Shown here: piece by piece, positions 57,890-64,000 of the stretch
How the letters are laid out: each line of letters starts with the position of its first letter
Position numbering within the stretch: the stretch's first letter is position 1
Assembly (NCBI RefSeq): GCF_009914755.1
Contig: NC_060925.1
DNA length: 64,000 nucleotides
Strand: one strand, 5' to 3'
Origin: the human T2T-CHM13v2.0 reference genome, Homo sapiens
Program-made: the position numbers and the translations under genes
Notes under the pieces: generated by a model
The model's input: the letters and a program-made list of their open reading frames with translations, nothing else
Databases searched by the model: none
Told to the model about the DNA's origin: nothing

Positions 57890-58780
57890 TAGTTTTTTTA
57901 GTCAGGTTTACTGAGATATAATTTACATACAGTAAAACTCACGTCTTTAATTGTACAGTGCAATGAGGTTTAAGAAATGGGTACAGTCATGTAACCATCA
58001 CCATAAACAAATATAATAGTTTGATCACTCCAAATGTTTTCCTCGGGCTTCTGTGTAGTGAATCCCCTTACCCAACCCCAGCCCCTGAAAACCACTGATC
58101 TGATTATTTCTCTATTGTTTTTTTTTCCAGCATGTTATATAAATGGAATTATATAGTATGTAAGATTTTGTGTTTACTTCCTTTTTTAATTTTTATTTCA
58201 GTAGCTTTTGGGGTACACATGGTTTTTTTTTACATGGATGAATTATATAGCGGTGAATTGTGAGGTTTTAGTGCACCTGCCACCTGAGTAGTGTACATTG
58301 TACCTAATGTGTAGCTTTTTTATTCCTACCCCCATCACTCTCCCCCTTCTGAATCCTCAAAGTCCATTATGTCACTCTATGCCTTTGCATACTCATAGCT
58401 TATTTCCCACTCATAAGTGAGAACATACAGTTTTTGGTTTTTCCACTCCTGTGTTACTTCACTTAGGATAATGGCCTCATGCTTCATCGAAGTTGCTGCA
58501 AAAGACATTATTTCATTCCTTTTTATGGCTTGTGTTTACTTCTTTTACCTAGTAAATGTCTTTGAGATTTATCTGTATTGTCTCAATAATTTATTTCTTT
58601 TTATTACTGAGTAGTGTCCATTAAATGCTTGTAGCACAATTTGTTTATCTATTCACCAGTTAATGGACATTTGTGTTCTTTCAAATTTGGGGCCCTTATG
58701 AATAAAGCTGCTGTAAACATTCAAGCACCAGTTTCTCTTTTGACATATGTTTTCATTTCTCTTGGGTAAATATCTATTAA
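57890..58780 (-). mobile_element. L1MB/MC 3' region interrupted by a younger L1
   Basis: tactgagatataatttacatacagtaaaa...catgtaaccatcacc; aataaagctgctgtaaacatt. Confidence 0.8.
58181..58529 (-). mobile_element. L1PB/L1MA1-like 3' end
   Basis: 13-bp TSD ttgtgtttacttc (58168-58180 / 58530-58542). Confidence 0.88.
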
Positions 58781-59269
58781 CTTTATACCAAATATTTTTT
58801 TTTTTTTTTGCAAAGGATCTGTCATGTTCCACAGAATTCTTTGGGAATGAAGTAGTCTGACTTCTGACCTGGCAGGCACAAGGTCCAAAAGGAATCTCTC
58901 CATACATTATGAAAATAGATTTTAAATACCAAATGGGCATTGTCTTTGGGCTAAATATACAATATCCGTGACATATACCTACTACTATTTTCAAACATAA
59001 CTATTATGCTGAACTAAAAGATACAAATTTATTTCAAAGCATTAATACATTCAGGGCAACTTTGCCATTATGTGTTTCCTAATCACTGGATGTGAAAAGC
59101 ATAACCACTATCATATTTGAGTCTATGAATCTTTTTTACTTTATTAATATTAAAAAAGATAGGGAATAATGCCTAGAGCAGAAATGGGTTGCTTCAGGAT
59201 CACCCAAGGTACTGGTTCTCAGCCTCCACCCCTGACCTACTGAAACGGAATCTAATATAAAGCAATTAT

Positions 59270-59460
59270 AATAATAGCTACCTTCTATTGAGCACTTACT
59301 ACTTCTAGCAAGGTGCTAATTGCTTTACATAATGCCCTTCATTCCATCCCCACAACAACCCAGTGAGTCAGGTGCTATTACTACTCCTGTGATTCAGGTG
59401 AGAACATTGATCCCTCTTGACTCAACGTCAAGTAATTTACCCATGGTTGCACAGTTTGTA
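59270..59460 (-). mobile_element. MIR SINE
   Basis: tattgagcacttact...cacaacaaccc...ggtgctattac. Confidence 0.65.
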
Positions 59461-61009
59461 AAAATCCTTATTTTTATTCATCTATCTCTGCCTTTAAAAA
59501 AAATCAGTAGTAAAACCATTACAATGATACAAGACTATGAGTAGAGCTGAGGAAATTACTTTTTAATCCTTAGATAAGGAATCAATTATGAGTAAAAAAA
59601 AATGAGTGAAAAATATCAGCTAAATAATGGAAATGAAAACAAAGAGCAAAATCTTCTTCCAATCTTTGTTTCCAAAATAAACTCAAAAGTGAGATTAGGA
59701 GGATGCAGCTGATATTGGGTCCACAGGCAAAAAGAAGCTATACAACTGTGTCCAGTGCAAGAGACCACCAATCAATGGGGAACGTGTTTCAACCTGACAA
59801 CACTGCAGCAGTTATTTCTGTATTCTAACTTACGGAGGTTCCAAGAAAAGAGAGTTGAGAAAGATGGAAGAAGGAGAAGTTGATCAGGGAAGGGGAAACA
59901 AGAGAGCTGAGCTCTCAGGCACCATCTGCTCAGATTCCAGTCCAAAAGATCCTTGGGCATTGATGGAAGTGTCTGCTGCAGCACCCAGGACTAAGTGAAC
60001 CACATTGCCCACAGTACCAAGGCAATCACCTTCTATTCTTTGATAAGCTTACTTCCACCCCAAAACCTGATCTTGCTTAACCAAATCCACTTATTCCAAT
60101 CACTCATAGTTGCATAAGGAAAGAAGACTTACATTAGGCTTTGCTTAATGTAGTTCCTTTGTTATGAGTCATGGCACTAATTAAACCTAAGAATTTTTAA
60201 AATATGAATTCATGTAGTGTGAAGCAAGCCATTTCAAATGTTATTCTCAGGGATAGTTAATCATTTACATGTGAAGTCTACAGATGAAACAAATGACTTG
60301 AGTCGTTTAGAGGGAGTAATTGCAACAAAAGTGCCTCATCGTGATCAAAGTGATACCTCTTTTTAATCATTAGTATCCCTTGGTAAGACACTTAAGGATT
60401 CTCAACCCTCAGTTCTCTCATCTTAAAAATTAGTCCAGTTAATCTCTAAATAATTCTTTAATTTTAAAATTTATGAAATAACCAAAATATGAACAGTAGT
60501 CTTTAGGAACTGGGACAATTGAAAAACATATTTTATATTTTCTACAATTTTAAACTTTTTCTACTGGACAAATATTACTCTTCTAACAGGAAAATCTACC
60601 TTTATTTGAATCCATGGTAGTGATTCCGTGGCCAGAAAAATATCCCCCAGTCCAAGAATACATCTTGACATCATTGACTATTTTCCTAAAGTTTTGAAAA
60701 TTCTAAGTGTATTTATACTTAAAAAAAAAACACTACAAAAACCAAATACTTGGTGCTGGCCTGATACTTCATTTTTTAGTTTATTCCATTGAGGCTTATT
60801 TGATCATTAGGATTCTTTGTCCATTTCCAGAGCCTCTTCCTTGGTACAAAAGCCTTCCGTGGACAAAGCCAGTGTGACCTGTCTACTCACCGATTACACT
60901 CACTGCCCTAATCCTCATGCATATAGGATTGTGGAGTTTCAGAAAGTCACATATTACATACAGACAATTCATTGATCTTAAACAAGAACTAAAAACAGTA
61001 GGAGTTTCG

Positions 61010-61225
61010 AAGATAGATTGGCCTGGGTAAAATTCTGATTTTGCCACTTTCTTGCTGTGTGACTTGGATAATCCACTGATTATCTTCATTTAGCTTCCAA
61101 TTAGCTTCATTTCCACATGCGTAAAATGAGAATTACAGTACTGACCTCATATACTGTTGTAAGGAATACAATGAGATAAAACATATAAAATATTTATACA
61201 ATGCCTGGGACATACACGCTCAACG
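61010..61225 (+). mobile_element. MIR SINE
   Basis: tgccactttcttgctgtgtgacttgg...gtaaaatgagaat. Confidence 0.7.
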
Positions 61226-62419
61226 TTCCCACTACACAATTCTTATGAAATCTTTCAACCTCCCATCAGAAAACAGAAGAGCTAGCTTCAGTTGCACCTA
61301 TATGATGCCAAACACAGATGAAAATGAATAAAGTGATATAATTGCCAAAGTTTCTAAACATTTGTGTTACACAAAAAGGATCATTCAATTATGTTGTGTT
61401 GAGACAGGAGGTAGTGTTTTATCTTCTGCAGTAGCAAATGGAAGTTATTGACTCCTCTGAGATAATATAAAATCCAAAAATATTTAAGAAATAATAAAAT
61501 AAACTTAGCTTAACATTTACCTACATAACTTTCGGAAACTGATATAAATGCACCTTTCTCTGTGCTCTCCATTCATACAGTATAGTTAAAAACTATTTTT
61601 CTCCTATCCTATAAGTCAAATAGAGATTTTAAAAATATTTAAAATGATAAAAATGAGACAATGTTGGAATACTACTGAATTCCTCAGAGATAGGCACAAT
61701 ACGCCTAAAACTGCACATGTTATGAACAATATTGATAACTACTGGGAGACTTTGGCAAACACTTAGCAGCTAGTGTGCTGCAAAAATACTCTCACTCTTC
61801 AAAAAATCTATTTTTTTCTCTCCAGCAACAAGAGGAATGCTCATGCACCCAACGGAGGTGGGTGCCAAATTGTTTCACCTTTGACATTCCCCTTCCCCAG
61901 TCTTTCACAAATTCTCACTCTCAGCCCTAAGGGAGTGTGTTTGGGCTTGGGAGTTGGGACAGGCTCTGGAGTTGTTGGCAAAGATAAAGAGTATTGAAAC
62001 GAAGGCAAGTGAGATAAGAAGGGAAAGAAAAAGAAGAAAAAAATATATCATAGGACAGGTGAAGAAATACTCTCCACTTATCATTTTAAGTTAATTTAAA
62101 AAAGGGAAAGGGGAACCCAAAAATAGGTTCTGAGCTGCTTACTATGATGCAAATTAATCTCATTCACACCCCCTAATTCGCTGGGCACTTCCAAGATTCT
62201 CCTGAAAAAAATCAATATTTTTTTAAGTGTTTATGAATAAGGGGCTCATTGATTTTAAAATTTGACAGCATGTAGGAAAAGAAGACTGGTTAGCAGAATT
62301 TAAAATAGAAAGAATCAAAAGCCTAGGTTAGAGTTATATCCTTCAAGTTTAGACAAACTTAGCATCTAGCTTTATTTACATTTCAATGAATACTTGGGAC
62401 ACCTTTTATGATGAATTTA

Positions 62420-63708
62420 CAGGGGTCCCCAACCTCCTGGGCCACAGACTGGTACCAGGGTCTGTGGCCTGTTAGCAACCGGGCAGCACAGCAAGAGGTG
62501 AGCAAGCATTACCTGCTGAATTCTACCTCCTGTCAGATCAGCAGCAGGCATTAGATTCTCATAGGAGCACGAACCCTATTGTGAACCGCGTATGCAAGAG
62601 ATCTAGGTTGCATGCTCCTTGTGATAATCTAATGCCTGACGATCTGAAGTGGAGCTGAAGTGCTGATGCTAGCACTGGGAGCAGCTGCAAATACAGATTA
62701 ACCTTAGCAGCGAGGTTTGGCTGCACAGAGACCATAATAAATCAACTGCTTTCAGGCTCATATCAAAACCCTATCAGTGAGTGGCAAGTGACAAATTAAG
62801 CTGCATCTGGTGGCAGGCTTTACAGTGACGAGTGAGTTGATGTATTTCAATTGTACAGCTGCATTTAATGTCAGGCTTTAAGTCAGAATCAGACGCATTT
62901 TATTCCGCTTATGGCCCGCCCATTATTTTATTTACCACTTCCATTCATGCCTCTTTCCCACACTGCACACTTGTCTCAGTCACAGTTTTGGTAAGCCCAC
63001 GAGCTAACCCTAGCCACAGTGAGTAAAAAACAAATATCACTGGAGAGCTTCTTGGAAAAGGGGAAAAGACCCAGTGATGAGACAGCAGAAGACTCTAAGA
63101 CTGCCAACAAAAAGTTGCATTTAAAAGAAGATACCGAGACTTAAATTACAGGTTCATTCCAACAGGTGATTCACATTCTCCAAGCTGGCTTTATATATGT
63201 GGTGACTGGCTACCCAAAGAAGCCATGAAACCTTCAAAACTTCTTCACCACATGCAGACCAAGCACCCTGCATTAAAAGACAAAACTTTTGCATCTTTCA
63301 AAAGAAAAATAATGTGAACATGAAGAACGGTAGCAATTATTGAAGGCCACCACTTCATCAAATGTGTCTGCACTGAGAGCATCATTCTCAGTGGCTAACG
63401 GCACTACTAAAGCAAAGAAATCCTTTACTATTGGTGAAGAGTTGATCCTGCCTGCTGCTAAGGACGTTTGCCATTAACTTTTAGGAGAGGCTGCAGTTCA
63501 AAAGGTGGCACATGTTCCTCTTTGGGCCAGCACCATATCTAGATGAACGATGAAACAGCAGAGGATATTGAGGCACCACAGTTAGAGAGGATTATTGAGT
63601 CACTGTGGTATGCAGTCCAAGTTGAGGAGTCTATCAGTGTTGACAACAAGGCAACAATGCTTGTTTTTGTGTGATGTATTTTTTTCAGGAGCATGTGCAG
63701 GAGGATAT
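62420..63708 (+). mobile_element. Charlie3 (MER1 family) hAT transposon, 5' part
   Basis: MER1-type end caggggtccccaacc...cattagattctcataggagc continuing into transposase coding sequence. Confidence 0.88.
63019..63708 (+). pseudogene. Decayed Charlie/Buster-type hAT transposase, N-terminal part
   Basis: Translated pieces VSKKQISLESFLEKG, MKPSKLLHHMQTKHPALKDK, KSFTIGEELILPAAKDVCH*, WYAVQVEES; GTG start, frameshifts, stops. Confidence 0.85.
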
Positions 63709-63887
63709 TGTCATGCGCTTCCGTGTGAAGAGACCACCAAACAGGCTTTGTGTGAACAATAAAGGTTTTTAATCACCCGCTTGCAGGCAGGCTGAGTCTG
63801 AAAAGAGAGTCAGCGAAGGGAGATAGGGGTGGGGCCATTTTATAGGATTTGGGTAGGTAGTGGAAAATTACAGTCAAAGGGGTTTGT
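63709..63887 (-). mobile_element. HERV-H LTR7 (LTR7B-like), 3' part only
   Basis: tgtcatgcgc..ccgtgtgaagagaccaccaaacaggc is the reverse LTR7 U5 end; minus-strand TATA (63838-63845) and ATTAAA (63768-63773). Confidence 0.93.
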
Positions 63888-64000
63888 GTTGTCGCTTGGC
63901 TGCCTCTTCTCTATTATTGTACACTTTGAAGGCAAAGTTAATTAAGTCCTGTTGTGGGGTTTGAGGGCCGGAATCTAATTTTTGGAGTTTTATTTAATGT
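63888..64000 (-). mobile_element. HERV-H internal sequence (gag), continues beyond the window
   Basis: Minus strand translates KLQKLDSGPQTPQQDLINFAFKVYNNREEAAKRQ, HERV-H Gag capsid C-terminal region. Confidence 0.85.

Overview
AT-rich, CpG-depleted primate (very probably human) intergenic or deep-intronic DNA. I find no credible host protein-coding exon, rRNA, tRNA, CRISPR array or CpG island. About half or more of the window is interspersed repeats: about 14 Alus (J, S and one Y), several L1PB/L1MA/L1MB/L1ME pieces, L2, MIR, MaLR/ERVL/ERV1 solo LTRs and DNA transposons (MER2, Tigger2a, MER5, MER20, Charlie3). Main points of interest: (1) a perfect 25-bp inverted repeat at 40663-40720 in unique DNA, next to a 15-bp tandem duplication; (2) at the right edge, a minus-strand HERV-H provirus inserted into a Charlie3 transposase, with gag fused directly to a truncated LTR7; (3) a 4.6-kb L1MA insertion (46663-51241) with a perfect 15-bp target-site duplication (TSD), its 5' end, large internal deletions and six nested elements; (4) several template-switch or locally templated insertion scars; (5) weak candidate minus-strand non-coding exons near 32.8-33.5 kb. 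Repeat subfamily names come from recalled consensus motifs, not from a database search. I do not claim a new biological system.
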